Origin: Malacoraja senta
Taxonomy: Eukaryota
NCBI GenBank assembly: GCA_038087875.1
Contig: CM075987.1
Coordinates: 24,306,001 to 24,370,000 of the forward strand
Length of the DNA stretch: 64,000 nt
Direction of reading: 5' to 3'
The position numbers were made by a program, and so were the translations under genes. Of this stretch, positions 1-13,811 are shown piece by piece. The notes under the pieces were generated by a model. That model had not been told where the DNA came from. It worked only from the letters and a program-made list of their open reading frames with translations, and did no database searches. The first letter of the stretch is position 1. Every line of letters begins with the position of its first letter.

Positions 1-447
1 TAGATACATGTTCATATATCTTTCCTAGAGTCTCTTAAACTCCCTGCTTGTTCATGCATGGCCATGCAAGAATGTGATCTTTGATCCGACTTTGCTGGCC
101 TTACCTTGCACTAAAGGTCATTCCCTTATCATGTATCTGTACACTGCGAATGACTCGATTGTAATCATGTATTGTCTTTCCGCTGGCTGGTTAGCACGCG
201 ACAAAAGCTTTTCACTGTACCTCGGTACACGTGACAATAAACTAAACTGATGTGCATGCAATGGAGGAATATGGACCAGATGAAGGCAGAGGAGAATAAT
301 ATAACTTGGCATCATATTTGGCATGGACATTGTCGGCCGAATGGCCTGTTCCTGTGTCGGGATTATCTATGTTCTATATTCCATAAATTGCCAGGACATT
401 AAGAGAACAGTATGTGAGAAAAGGCTCAATCAAACATTATTCCAAAG

Positions 448-660
448 AGAGACACAAAAAGCTGGAGTAACTCAGCGGGATAGGCAGCATCTCTGGAGAG
501 ATGGAATGGGTGACGTTTCGGGTCGAGACCCTTCTTCAGACCAGTCAGGGAAAAGGGAAACGAGAGATATAGACGGTGATGTAGAGAGATAAAGAGCAAT
601 GAATGAAAGCTATGCAGAAAAGTAACTGATAAAGGAAACAGGCCATTGCAGTTTGTTTTG
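448..660 (-). mobile_element. Penelope-like terminal repeat with intact hammerhead core (512-539)
   Basis: Minus strand CTGAAGA-A-GGGT-CTCG-ACCC-GAAACGTC. Confidence 0.75.
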
Positions 661-1414
661 ATATGACAGCACAGTTTGAGATCAACTTTCACCAGTGCTT
701 CACCAGTGCTTCACCAGTGCCTCACGCACACCCCCAGATTCAGGGACAGTTTCTTCCCAGCTGTTATCAGGCAACTGAACTATTCCACCAACAACTAGAT
801 AGCAGTCCCAAACTTCTATCTACCTCATTGGACTATCCTTGACCGGACTTTGTTGTGCTTTACCTTGCACTAAAAGTTATTCCCTTTATCATGCATCTGT
901 GCAGTGCGAATGGCTCGCTTGTAATCATGTATTGCCATTCCGTTGGCTGGTTGGCACGCAACAAAAGGCTTTTCACTCTACCTCGGGACACGGGACAATA
1001 AACTAAACTGAGAACTGGGAACACCAGCGTGGCTCATGGCAGTGAGCTGACTTGCTGGGTAGACACTTTGGAAAGAGTTGCCGCAACTTTATAAGGCTGG
1101 ATTGTTTTAATGGGGGAAGGGGCCAGTAACCTCATGGAAAGCTGAGAGAGAGAGCGGAATGCTCCTGGGATGTATGAAGTTAGCATTGCAGGCGGCAATT
1201 TGCAAAGAGTCACAGAATGCCATGTGGCAAAGCAACAGATACACCATCCAAAACTTCCAAGTACAGTCAGAGCAGCGAAACAAACGGGAGCCTGGCCGCT
1301 TCCCATCAGCTGATATCCTCCCTGCTGATCTGCCCAATTATTCACAACTTCCTTGCGTTTCTTCACGAGCTGAGATTGAATAAAAAATGGTGACATAAAA
1401 CCGCTAACAGAACA

Positions 1415-1740
1415 GGGCGGCACGGTGGCGCGCCGGTAGAGTTTTTCCCTTACAGCGCCAGAGACCCGGGTTCGATTCTGACTACGGGTGCTGTCTGTAT
1501 GGAGTTTTGTACGTTCTCCCCGTGATCTGCGTGGGTTTTCTCTGGGAGCTCGGGTTTTCTCCGGGAGCTCCGTCTTCCTCCCACAGTACAAAGACGTACA
1601 GGTTTGTAGGTTGCAGGCAATTGGGTTTGGAAAAATTGTGTGTGTAGGATAGTGTTAGTGTGTGGGGATGGCTGGTCGGCGCGGACCCGGTGGGTCGAAG
1701 GGCCTGTTTCCGCGCTGTATCTCTAAACTAAACTAAACTA
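1415..1740 (+). mobile_element. HE1-type tRNA-derived V-SINE
   Basis: A box TGGCGCGCCGG, B box GGTTCGATTC, conserved body, CR1-like 3' end, (TAAAC)n. More than 25 full or partial copies in the window. Confidence 0.9.
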
Positions 1741-1792
1741 TACTTTCTGATTGTGCAATCAAGGTGGCATCGTCCTGAATCCTTCGTTCTAC

Positions 1793-1992
1793 NNNNNNNN
1801 NNNNNNNNNNNNNNNNNNNNNNNNNNNNNNNNNNNNNNNNNNNNNNNNNNNNNNNNNNNNNNNNNNNNNNNNNNNNNNNNNNNNNNNNNNNNNNNNNNNN
1901 NNNNNNNNNNNNNNNNNNNNNNNNNNNNNNNNNNNNNNNNNNNNNNNNNNNNNNNNNNNNNNNNNNNNNNNNNNNNNNNNNNNNNNNNNNNN
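1793..1992. other. Assembly gap (200 N)
   Basis: Run of N; true size unknown. Confidence 0.99.
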
Positions 1993-3539
1993 GCTCCAGT
2001 CTTTCCGTTGGCTGGTTAGCACACCAATGCTTGTCACTGCACCTTGGTTCACGTACACATTCCTACAGGAAGGAGATGAGGAGGAATTTCTTTCGTCAGA
2101 GGGTGGTGAATCTGTGGAGTTCATTGCCACTGGAGACTGTGGAGGCCAAGTCAATGTATATCTTTAAGGCGTAGATAGATAGATTCTTGATTAGTGCGGG
2201 TGTCAGGGGTTATGGGGAGAAGGCAGGAGAATGGGGCTCGGAGGGAGAGATAGATCAGCCATGATCTATGGAATTCAGCCTGTGGAATTCTCTGCCTCAG
2301 AGGGCGGTGGAGGCAGGTTCTCTGGATGTTTTCAAGAGAGAGCTAGATAAGGCTCTTAGAAATAGCGGAGTCAGGGGATATGGGGAGGAGGCAGGAACGG
2401 GGTACTGATTGGTGATGATCAGCCATGATCACATTGAATGGCGGTGTTGGCTCGAAGGGCCGAATGGCCTACTCCTGCACCTATTGTCTATTGTCTATTG
2501 TCTATTGATCCACATGGTCACCGAGGGAATGTACAAACTCCTTACGGACAGCACCCGTAGTCAGAATCGAACGCGGGTCTCTGGCGCTGTAAGGCGGCAT
2601 CTCTACTGCCCTTATGTTCAGGCCTATGTTCTGGGACTTCATACCATTTTTTTCACTGAGAGAGTTAGGCATTATCAATGAACCCAACCAGGGCGCCCAC
2701 TTCACCTCACCTCCATTGCTGCGTGTAAAATGAGAAATAATATAGTTCTAACCACCATTTTTAGCTTACTCTGAAAAGCATTGAGAAGAAACCTTAAGGG
2801 CAATGTGCATGTTTGTAATTCCAGCAGAAATGCTACAAAAAGTCATTTTTCCAGATGTTAGGAGAGTAAACATGAAGTTTTTGAATGTCACAAAAAGTTT
2901 TTAGGGCTTGGCAGTGGCTCCGTGCTCCCTTAAGATCCATTTGCATTCTACAAAGTTTCATACAAGGGATTTGATAACAAAGATTGCCAAACCACTAATG
3001 ATTGGGTTAAAAAATGAAGCTATTCAAATACTGAGTAAATAAGTATAATTGACCTCCGAGTTCTCTTCCTTTTTAATATTCTGGCTGGAGTTGGAAAGGT
3101 TTAGTACAATGATAAAAGCAGATCGTCGGATAGTTGGCTTGGTGGTAGGAATTGTCTGATGTTTCTGATTTATCCTGGATGACCACTTCACCCTCTCAGG
3201 GGGAATGTGTAATGGGTGATTGGGTTTTGAAATATGTGTGTGTGTGTGTGCGTTTGAAGATCTACACATCCTTCCCGCCAGAGGAGCGCCCCCTGTCTAC
3301 TGCATGATATAATGCAAAGAGGATTGACCTCAGATCCACCCATGAGTTGTCCATGAGTTGGCATTGGGTCCATGAATGAGAGAGCCTTTAGCAAGGCGAT
3401 GTGGATACAAGATAAGGGGTGGTCATTTAAAATTGTGGTCCATGGGAATTTCTTCTCACAGAGGGTAATGTATCTCTAGAATTTTCACCCCCAGAGGCCA
3501 AGTGGCCTTCTCTTTTTTTAGCTTAATTTTCAATGTGGT

Positions 3540-3843
3540 TTAGAGATACGGCACAGAAACAGGCCCTTCAGCCCACCGAGTCCACACCGACAATCGATCC
3601 CCGCACATTAACACTTCCATACACACACTAGGGACAATTTTACATTTATACCGGGCCAATTAAGCTACTAACCTGTAGGCCTTTGGAGTGTGGGAGGAAA
3701 CTGGAGATCTCGGCGAAAACCCACTCAGTTCACAGGGAGAACGTACAAACTCCGTACAGAATTACCGCACCAGTAGTCAGGATCGAACCCGGATCTCTGG
3801 CGCTGAGAGGCAGCAACTCAACCGCTCTGCCACCGTGCCGCCC
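3540..3843 (-). mobile_element. HE1-type SINE
   Basis: Reverse complement of the family consensus. Confidence 0.85.
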
Positions 3844-4484
3844 ATTCTTGCATGCTTGTGAGAATGTGGTTCTTAAGGTATTTACATGAAGGCCCATTGA
3901 TGGGGCAAATAGTAAAATTAATCGGAGTAGAACTTGTTCTTATATTGCGTGTCGTAAACATGTGGCACAAGAACATGTTTAAGAAGGAACTGCAGATGCT
4001 GGGAAATCGAAGGTAGACAAAAATGCTGGAGAAACTCAAGAGAGTGCGGCAGCATCTATGGAGCGAAGGAGATAGGCAACGTTTCGTTCGCTCCATAGAT
4101 GCTGCCGCACCCGCTGAGTTTCTCCAGCACTTTTGTCTACCTGGCAAAAGAACATACTGTGTTTTGAATTTGGCTTTTGCATTTCACTTCCACTGATTTC
4201 AATGGAAACAGTTCCTTCCTTCGTTTCCCATTTCTATTCAATATATTAATTGAACTTGGTTTCTCCAGCCTCACCATTACAATGTGACTTTTGAAGGTCC
4301 TTTGCAAGTTTTTTTTTTTTTTCAATGTTAACACATTTCTCAAAGGAATTCAGACTCTTCCTTCAAACATTATGGATAAACGGCAGCAAAAAGCATCTTA
4401 GTTGTAAAATGCAAAGTGCTGCAGCCACTCAGCAGGTCGGGCAGCATCTCTGGAGGACATGGATAGTCACCATTTTGGGTTCAG

Positions 4485-4985
4485 TTTTAGTTTAGTTTAT
4501 TGTCTGAGGTACAGTGAAAAACTTTTGTTGCGCGCTAACCAGTCAGCGGAAATACAGTACATGATTACAATCGATCCATTTACAGCGTATAGTTACATGA
4601 TAAGGGAATAACGTTTACTGCAAGGTCATGCCAGCAAGATCTGATCAAAGATAGTACAAGGTTTACCAATGAGTAGTTCCAGCACTGTTCTCTGGTTGTG
4701 GTAGGATGATTCAGTTGCCTGAAGGCAGCTGGGAAGAAACTGTCCCTGAATCTGGAAGTGTGCGTTTTCACACATTCTATACCTTTCGCCTAATGGGAGA
4801 AGAGGGAGTGGCCAGGGTGCGACTTGTCCTCGATTATGCTGCTGGCCTTGCCGAGGCAGCGTGAGGTATAAATGGAATCAATGGTTTGTGTGATGGTCTG
4901 GGCTGCGCCCACAATTTGTTGCAATTTCTTGCGGTCTTGGATGGAGCTGTTTCCAAAACCAAGCTGTGATACATCCTGATAAATG
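4485..4985 (-). mobile_element. Rex1/Babar-like LINE 3' fragment
   Basis: KTHTSRFRDSFFPAAFRQLN and the family 3' UTR. Confidence 0.7.
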
Positions 4986-5255
4986 CCGGGTTGGCTTAGT
5001 AATCTTTAAGAAAAGAAACATATTTGGCAGAGAAAAAGCTTAACGGTTTCCTGCTCGGCCTTCAACTTGGGATAAGTGGCAATGGAAGGAAAGCGAGGTA
5101 TTGCGATTCCAATGAAAGATTCAACAGTGGCTATCGAATGTTTTGTTCGACCTCAGTATGAGGCTATGCTAGTTCCACAGCACCAGATCTAAAAACACAG
5201 ATGAGACAAACAATGAGGGTATAAAGCACAGATCAGATTGAATTGCTTGGACAAA

Positions 5256-5579
5256 GGGCGGCACGGTGGCGCAGCGGCAGAGTTGCTGCCTTACAGTATT
5301 TACAGCGGCAGAGATCCAGATTCGATCCCGACTACGGGCGCTGTCTGTACGGAGTTTCTACATTCTCACCGTGACCTGCGTGGGTTTCTCCCAGATCTTC
5401 GGTTTCCTCCCACACTCCAAAGACGTGCAGGTTTGTAGGTGAATTGGCTTGGTATAAATGTAAATTGTCCCTAGTGTGTGTAGGATAGTGTTAGTGTGCG
5501 GGGATCGCTGGTCGGCGCGGACCCGGCAGGGCCAAAGAGCCGGTTTCCAGCGCTGTATCTAAACTAAACTAAAACTAAA
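5256..5579 (+). mobile_element. HE1-type SINE
   Basis: Full-length family match. Confidence 0.9.
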
Positions 5580-6164
5580 TGCCACAAGTTACAAACGATG
5601 GCGATTGCAGAAATTTTTATTATTTTTCTATAAATATCACAGACAAAGCCAAAATAATAACCTCTGTTGGAAGCACTCACAGGGGTGGTCATGAAGGCAG
5701 ATACGACAGTGGCATTTAAGAGGCTTTTGGACAGGTAGACATGCAGGCAATGATGGGAAATGTATTGGAAGGAACTGCAGATGCCGGTCTACACAAAGGT
5801 AGACACAAAATGTTGGAGTACCAGGCAGCATCTCTGGATTGAAGGAATAGGTGACGATTTGGATCAACACCCAAGAAAACAAGAGTTCAAAAGGGATGAA
5901 GTACAAGGATAATGTAGAATTATTTGTTAGCTCATGTGCAGACAGAAGTGATTAGTTAATCTGGATTTTGTTATTTGGCACAAACATTGTAGGCTGAAGG
6001 TCCTTTTCCTGTGCTGTAGTGTTCGATCTTCTGACCTGACTGTATTGAAAATCCATTTTGCTTAAGCATTCCCCCCAAAATAATTCACCTTTGACTTCAA
6101 CAACATTCCGAGTTTGTTAATAGGCTCAGAGGGGAAATGCAATATACTGACACAGATTGAAGGA

Positions 6165-6530
6165 TGTTGGGCACTTTACAACCGAGTGGTATGAATGTCG
6201 AACTTCAAGTCACCCTTGCATCCTCTCTCTTTCCGTCCCTCCCCCGCCTAAGTTGTTGTACTAGTTTCAAAGTCGTCTTGTTGAGTCTCATTGTCTGTAA
6301 CTTGTTTTCACCTCGCCCACAGCTAACAATGGCCTGTTTCCTTTATCATCGTTACTTTTTTGCATATCTTTCATTCATTTTGTTCTATATCTCGCTATAT
6401 CACCATCTCTATCTCTCGTTTCCCATTCCTTTGACTCTTGGTCAGAAGAAGGGTCTCGACCCGAAACATCACCCTTTCTTTTTCTTCAGGGATGCTGTCT
6501 GACCCACTCCAGCTTTTTGTGTCTATCTTG
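6165..6530 (+). mobile_element. Penelope-like 3' fragment
   Basis: LGTLQPSGMNVE remnant, 3' UTR and degenerate hammerhead core near 6441-6470. Confidence 0.7.
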
Positions 6531-6589
6531 AAGTATATTGATTAGGGCAATCTTATATTCCTTATGCTCAAAGTGAAACAAGAGTATTA

Positions 6590-7107
6590 AGGGGCTGTCC
6601 CACTTGGGCGACCTAATTGGCGAGTTTAGAAGAGTTTAAAAAAATGACATGTTGAAGACCTCCTTCGACTATGTTGAAGACCAGCTACGACTAGCTACGA
6701 CTAACTTCGGGAAAATTGGACACCGAATAGTGGAGAGTGAAGACGACCTCCTTCAATCTCCTTCGACCTCCTTCGATCTCTCTTCGACTATGATGAAGAC
6801 TATCTACGACTACCTTCGACTACCCTCGATTACCTACGACTAACATGCCGACCTACTACGACCTACTACGAGTAAAAAAAGTATTGATTTTTACCGCGGC
6901 GACCTTTTTTCACTCGTGGGCATTTTTTAACACATTGAATAAAACGCCGCGACCTAGCTGAGGCCTCGAGTACGCGGAGACCACTCTCGAGCATGAAGGA
7001 GAGTTACGAAGACCTCCTACGACCTCGTGTCGACCATGCTGCGAGTACGAGTCGAGGGCAAACTCGCCAGAACTCGCGGATTAGGTCGCCCAAGTGGGAC
7101 AGCCGCT
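6590..7107. mobile_element. PIF/Harbinger-type MITE, subfamily A
   Basis: Terminal inverted repeat (TIR) AG(G/C)GGCTGTCCCACTTGGGCGACCTAAT; TTA on both flanks; internal TACGAC repeats. Confidence 0.8.
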
Positions 7108-7682
7108 TTAGAAGGGTCTGAAGAAGGGTCTTGAGCCGAAACGTCACCTATTCCTTCTCTCTAGAGATGCTGCCTGTCCCGCTGAGTTACTCCAGCTTTT
7201 TGTGTCTATCTTCGGTTTAAACCTGCATCCGCAGTTGCTTCCTGCACAAGAGTATTAGACAATGGTTAAGTTCATCATTTTTTAATTTCCACTCCTCCAT
7301 GTAATTTGCAGGCTAGGGACAGATTAAATGATGTTATTTTAATGTGGCCGACAGTACTGTTGACGATTTAATTATAAACATGCAAATCGACTGATATCTG
7401 CTTCAGGAATTCGAAGGGTGCAAACATGAGGTCGGTGGCTTCCTGGAAATATCCCACAAGTGACCTCGAACAATTAGACACAGACATGCACGCACGCATG
7501 CACACACTAACACAAAGCATTTTCTCAGCACAAAACATCCCCTTCAGTCTCCCATTCTATCTCTACCATATGTGTCAAGCTGATCAGGCTGCAAGAGCTA
7601 TTTTCTATTTGGAACAACAAAAAACTTAAATTTAAAAAAAATTCCAGCTGCTCTTCCTTTAAAGCCAAAATTCCTACTGGCA

Positions 7683-8100
7683 AGAAGATCGACACAAAAT
7701 GCTGGAGCAACTCAGCGGGACAGGCGGCGTCCCTGGAGAGAAGGAATGGGTGACGTTTCGGGTCGAGACCCTTCTTCAGACTGAGAGTCAGAGGAGGGAA
7801 AAACTAGAGATATGGAAGGGTAAGGTGTGGAAACGACAGGTGATAAGGAAATGTAGAATGATTCATTGTTGGCTGAGGGGAAGCTGATCGACAGCATCTG
7901 CTTTGATCTGTCGTTTTCACATCTTACCCTTCCATATCTCTAGACTCCCTCTCCCCCGACTCTCTGTCTGAGAAGAAGGGTCTCGACACGAAACGTCTCC
8001 CCGTTCCTTTGCTCCAGAGATGCTGCCTGTCCCGCTGAGATAGTCTAGCATTTTGTGTCTATCTTCGGTTTAAACCAGCATCTGCAGTTCCTTCCTACAC
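7683..8100. mobile_element. Penelope-like fold-back insertion (inverted plus direct terminal repeat)
   Basis: Long imperfect inverted arms; intact hammerhead core on - at 7752-7779. Confidence 0.75.
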
Positions 8101-9664
8101 CCCCTACCTGAGCTCATCTGTTGCCGGCCCACATTTGTCCTGGTCTTTTTTTGTCTCCAGTTCTCTCTCCCCCCCCCCCCCCCCCCACCTCCAACCTTTA
8201 AGTCCGAAGAAAGGTTCTGATCCAAAGTGTCACCTATCCATTTTTTCTAGAGATGCTGCCTGACCCCACTGAATTACTCCAGTACTTTATGTCTATCTTT
8301 GGTATGAACCAGCACCTGCAGTTCTTTGTTTCCACATCAGTGAACTGATGGGTTTTTAGAACAACTATTTCCCCCTGAGTAACTCAGCGAGTCAAGCAGC
8401 ATCTCTGATGAAAAGGAATAGGCAACGTTTTGGGTCGAGACCCTTCTTCAGGGGAGGGTGGTTACCTGGTAGGACAATTGTTGGCTGGGGAAGGTGATCT
8501 CAAGGGGGATACATTGTTGGGAACTGTGGAACCGGTTAAATGACTAGAGTGGAAGGGAGCATGGAAACAGGCCCTTCGGCCCATCTGGTCCATCAATCAC
8601 TCGTTCAACTTAGTTCTATGTTATCGCAATTTCACAACCACTGCCTACCCATTTTTACAGAGGGCCAATTAACCTGCAACCCTGCACGTCTTTGGGACTT
8701 GGGAGGAAACCGGAGCCTTGAGCTATCCTACCAAATCTATCTGAAATTCATTATCTAGTTCTTAATTTAGGTTTCGTTTAAAGATACAGCACGGAAACAG
8801 GCCCTTCCGCCCACCGAATCCGCACCGATCACCTGTACACTACTTCTATCGTACACACTGGGGACAATTTTCACAGCAGCCAATTAACCCTGCAAGTCTT
8901 CGGGACAAACCAGGAAACTGGAGCACCCAGGGGAAACCCACGCGGTCACAGGGAGAACGTGCAAACTCCACACAGGCAGCACCGAAGGCCAGGAGCGATC
9001 CCAGGCCTCTGGGCTGTGAGGCAGCATCTCTACTAGGTTAGAAAAGGTGTTATAAAAAAATTGTCAAAGAAGTGAAAACATTTATTTACATGGAAGGTTA
9101 TTAGCAACTGTTTCTAGGAAAGGTAGTTGAGGTCAGAGCGCTTTCCTCATTTAAAAAAAGAGCCAGATGCCGTCATGAGATGATAAAAAAAAAAGTCTGG
9201 GTATTTTGAAAGGAAAAGATCAAACAAACTAAACCTTTTCATCCAAACTTATCCTGTGATCTTAGAAGGCCAAAAGACCTTCCCTTGTTCTTGTAAAAAA
9301 TAACATACTTATGATTTTTCTTACACCAAATAAAATACAACCTATTAGTCCCATCATTAAACAACTGAGTTTTGCAGTTTGCTGAGAGATTCCGTTCATG
9401 TTGACCAAATATTTCGCCGTATTGTGTTAAATCAACAAATTATTCCGTAGAAACAAGAAAACTAGTAACTCAGGCAGGGAGAAAGAAAGCGGTTGGCTTC
9501 TCTTGAGTATCAAAACAGCTTGAAACCCCTTCTCAGAGGCCCGAACAAGACCCTCACAAATTCCAGAAATACTATCCAAGCTTTTCAACTTAAAATCACC
9601 ACATTTCTGCTAAACGCTCGAGCAAATAGCCAGTCTGTTTAACATCTCCCAAAAGAGTTGGTGC

Positions 9665-10338
<674 letters not shown>

Positions 10339-11004
10339 TTTTAAAGGCTTGTTTTCATGTACATTTTTTTGCGGAGTTATAAATCGGAAAATCCTCAGAA
10401 GGTTTTCGTTTGCGGGAAGACACATCTGTTAACAAAATGTAAGAAAGGTCCAATTACGACTAACTTTAGCTCGACGTAATCAGTACGTTAGCAGGCAAAT
10501 AACTACAAAACCAAAAATGTTTCCTTCCAAAAATGCACAGACACATCAGCAGAGGTATTTGCTTGCAAGGTAATGCTTTATCTTCGATTTAAACCAGCAT
10601 CTGCAGTTCTTTCCTGCACATTTTGCTTGCAAGGTAATGCTTTAGGTGCCCAGAGTCTGGAAGGTCAGACTGTTAATCTCTGCCGACTGGGTTTCTGCGG
10701 TACTTAAGGCTGTGATTTAGGTGTTTTTCTTGATGTTTAAGGATTCACATGAACCCTGAAATGGCTGGGGTCACAGTGGTGCAGTGACCAAGTTTGCAGT
10801 GCGAGCAGTTGGCCAATTGAGCCTCGCCGCACTCCATCAGAGTCCGCGCACATTAAGAGGCCGACTTCTACCCGACACAATATTCACGTCCGTCTGCTTT
10901 CTGTTTGGATACAAGTCAGCAACTTAAGAAGGTCCCACCCATTAAAGTACCTGACACTTGGACCCTTCCACCGGCCCAGATTTTGAACATTACAATGGAC
11001 GAGT

Positions 11005-11032
11005 CTGAAGAAGGGTCTCCACCCGAAACGTC
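11005..11032 (+). ncRNA. Minimal hammerhead ribozyme core in a PLE repeat
   Basis: CTGAAGA-A-GGGT-CTCC-ACCC-GAAA-CG-TC; stem I only about 2 bp. Confidence 0.55.
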
Positions 11033-11327
11033 ACCCATTCCTTCTCTCCAGAGATGCTGCCTGTCCCGCTGAGTTGCTCCAGCATTTTGTGTCTACCTTC
11101 GTTATAATGAATGAATTGAGAGGGAGATGGGTGACAGAGATGTTGCCTGTCGTGCCTGGAGCCAGAAAAGTCGTGCAGACCCATTATTGCCAGCATCCTC
11201 TGTTACTGAAAGCCCTACATCTTTCAAAGCAGATTAGAAATAATAAACAGTGCTATATCGAACGGCGGCAAAAGAGAGCTCGACTGAGCACAAACTATAA
11301 TCTTTTTCTGGGATTGCCAACTTCTTA

Positions 11328-11646
11328 AGCGGCTGTCCCACTCTACGAGCTAATTCAAGAGCTCTCCCGAGTAAAAAAAAATAATCAAACTCGTGGTAAG
11401 CACGTAGAATGTACGTAGCGGGTACGTCGGAGCTCGGGGACGTCTCTTAGCGGCTCGTAACGCTAACGGCAAGTACTCAGGAAACGCGGTAAGCTCGTGA
11501 AGACTCATGAAGATTTTTCAACATGTTGTAAAATGTCCACGAGAGCCCCGAGTACCTACGGGCGGCTATTACCGTAATTCTCCGAGTTCGAATCAGGGGA
11601 AGCTCGGGAGAACTCTTGAATTAGCTCGTACAGTGGGACAGCCGCT
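11328..11646. mobile_element. PIF/Harbinger-type MITE, subfamily B
   Basis: TIR AGCGGCTGTCCCACT(C/G)TACGAGCTAATTCAAGAG; flanks TTA/TCA. Confidence 0.8.
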
Positions 11647-12052
11647 TCAGCTTGTAGTTGAAATATTTTGACTCAGTGGTAACAGGATTCCTTTCTCTCT
11701 CACCCTCTCACCAGACTATCTCACCCTCACTCTCTCTCCTGACTATCTCATCCTCACTCTCTCACCCACTCTCTCCTTCTCTCCCGCTCTCTCCCTCCCT
11801 CTCTATCTCTCCCTCTCCTTCCAAATAGACCAGCCATGATCGAATGGTGGAGTAGATTCAATGGGCCAAATGGCCTAATTGTGCTCCTATGGCTCATGGT
11901 CTTAAAGTCACAGGCACAGGCTACAGGTTGTAGGCTATACCTCAGTTCAGTTTAGTTTATTGTCACGTGTACCGAGGTACAGTGAAAAGCTTTTGTTGCG
12001 TGCTCTAAAGTTAGCAGAAAGACCTGCCCAGACACATTTCTAACTATTGACT

Positions 12053-12218
12053 GTACACAAAAATGCTGGAGAAACTCAGGATTCTTCTGAAGAAGGGTTT
12101 CGGCCCGAAACGTTGCCTATCTCCTTCGCTCCATAGATGCTGCTGCACCCGCTGAGTTTCTCCAGCATTTTTTGTGTACCTTCGATTTTCCAGCATCTGC
12201 AGTTCCGTCTTAAAACAC
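12053..12218 (+). mobile_element. Short PLE insertion with inverted 5' piece and hammerhead core (12087-12114)
   Basis: 14-bp TSD TCTAACTATTGACT (12039-12052, 12219-12232). Confidence 0.8.
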
Positions 12219-12754
12219 TCTAACTATTGACTACCATCTTACTCAGCGGTGGCAGGGAGTTCTGTCTGTACAGTCTGTGTCCGTGGTCTGTGTCCCTATT
12301 GTCTGTATGGTTCAGTGCCCTTCCCGGCACGACGGATCCTCGCGCTAGTCAAAGACATGCAAGCATCTCAATACCAATAACATGTTGAACTCACCGACTA
12401 CTGATTTCATTCCAAACAGATTGTTGCATCAGCTCGACGCCCATGTCCCAGTGCACACTGTACTTACGCACCAAACCATTATTTTTAATGACTTCTTCGT
12501 GAAAATCAACTGCCGTTCAAAACAAAACATTGACTTAGGGCTGACTCAAAGTCTGGCACTGGGAATGGAGATGGGGGTTTCAGATTTGCAACTGAACTCT
12601 GTAGTTGAGCCATTAACAATAGTGACATCTGTCTGCCACTATCGACAGTGACAAGCAGTCCTCTCAACACCAATGTCGGCACTGCAGGGAAATGAGTGCT
12701 TGATGAACCATTTCACAGAACAATTAGGAGCAATATTTACTTTTTTCTAGTTTT

Positions 12755-13065
12755 AAGTTTTAGAGATGCAGCGCGGAAACAGGCCCTTCGGCCCACCGAG
12801 TCTGCACCGACCTGCGATCCCCACACATTAATGCTATCTTACACACTCTGGGGACAATTTATATATTTTTTAAATATCGAGCAAATTAAACTACAAACCC
12901 GTACGTCTTTGGAGTGTGGGAGGGAACTGAAGATCCTGGAGAAAACCCACGCAGGTTATGGGAAGAATGTACAAATTCCGTACCGACAGCACCCATAGTC
13001 AGAATCGAACCTGGGTCTCTGGCGCTGTGAGGAAGCAACTCTACTGCTGTGCCACCATGCTGCCC
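12755..13065 (-). mobile_element. HE1-type SINE
   Basis: Full-length family match. Confidence 0.85.
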
Positions 13066-13215
13066 TTCTGGTGTAACTCCGGGTTGCTTTTGGAGTAACT
13101 ATTTGCTTAGAAAGCTGTTGTGACATGTGTAATACTTGTTCAAAATAATCCAGATTAGAAACTAATCGCATGTTAATGCATTTACTGGAATACTTTTAAA
13201 GGCAAATGAAGATTA

Positions 13216-13442
13216 ATGGCTCTGTCCCACGGGCAGGCGGTTACTGGCGGTGAAGCGCGGCGTCCCCGGAAGCGGGGACCGTGTGGCTACCGCAGGAGCG
13301 CCGCGTGGATACGTCCCACGAGCATGCGGTAATTTCAACCTTACCGGAAGCTGTTGCCGCGCGTATGCCGGGTGGTCACCGCACGGCCTGTCCCACGGGC
13401 TGAATGGAATGGACGTCGCGCGGCGTCGGGTGATGACGTCCA
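13216..13442. mobile_element. Truncated GC-rich relative of the CTGTCCCAC MITE family
   Basis: TTA followed by ATGGCTCTGTCCCAC; second CTGTCCCACGGGC internally; no right TIR. Confidence 0.45.
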
Positions 13443-13811
13443 TTCCTGAGCTACTATCTACCACATTGGACACCCACAGACTATCTTTACCCAACCTTAC
13501 CTTGCACTAAATGTTATTCCTCAACGTTATTAGGAAAGCGTGACTTTTCTGGTCTGAAAAAGGGACTCGACCTGAAACATCAACTATTCCTTTTTTCGAG
13601 AGATGCTGAGTTATTCCAACATTTTGTGTCTATCTACGACGTAAACCAGCATCTGCTGTTCCTTCCTCACTGTTCCATGTTCTATGTTAGGTTGGGGTTC
13701 TGCATCAATTTAGTGGTTGCATTAGTCAGCATTATAGTAAATATCTGAATTCAAAGTGGCTCCATATTACTGGATGACTCTTGAAATCAAGAGCCCTATC
13801 CAAATGAAGGG

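Noticed and set aside
1415..1490. tRNA genes at SINE heads
   Set aside because: A/B boxes are present but there is no cloverleaf, and each continues into the SINE body.
1034..1591. Recurrent ORFs of the MECGRKP../QQLYRCAT type
   Set aside because: Translations of HE1 SINE copies.
1751..2167. ORFs spanning the N run
   Set aside because: Artefacts of the assembly gap.
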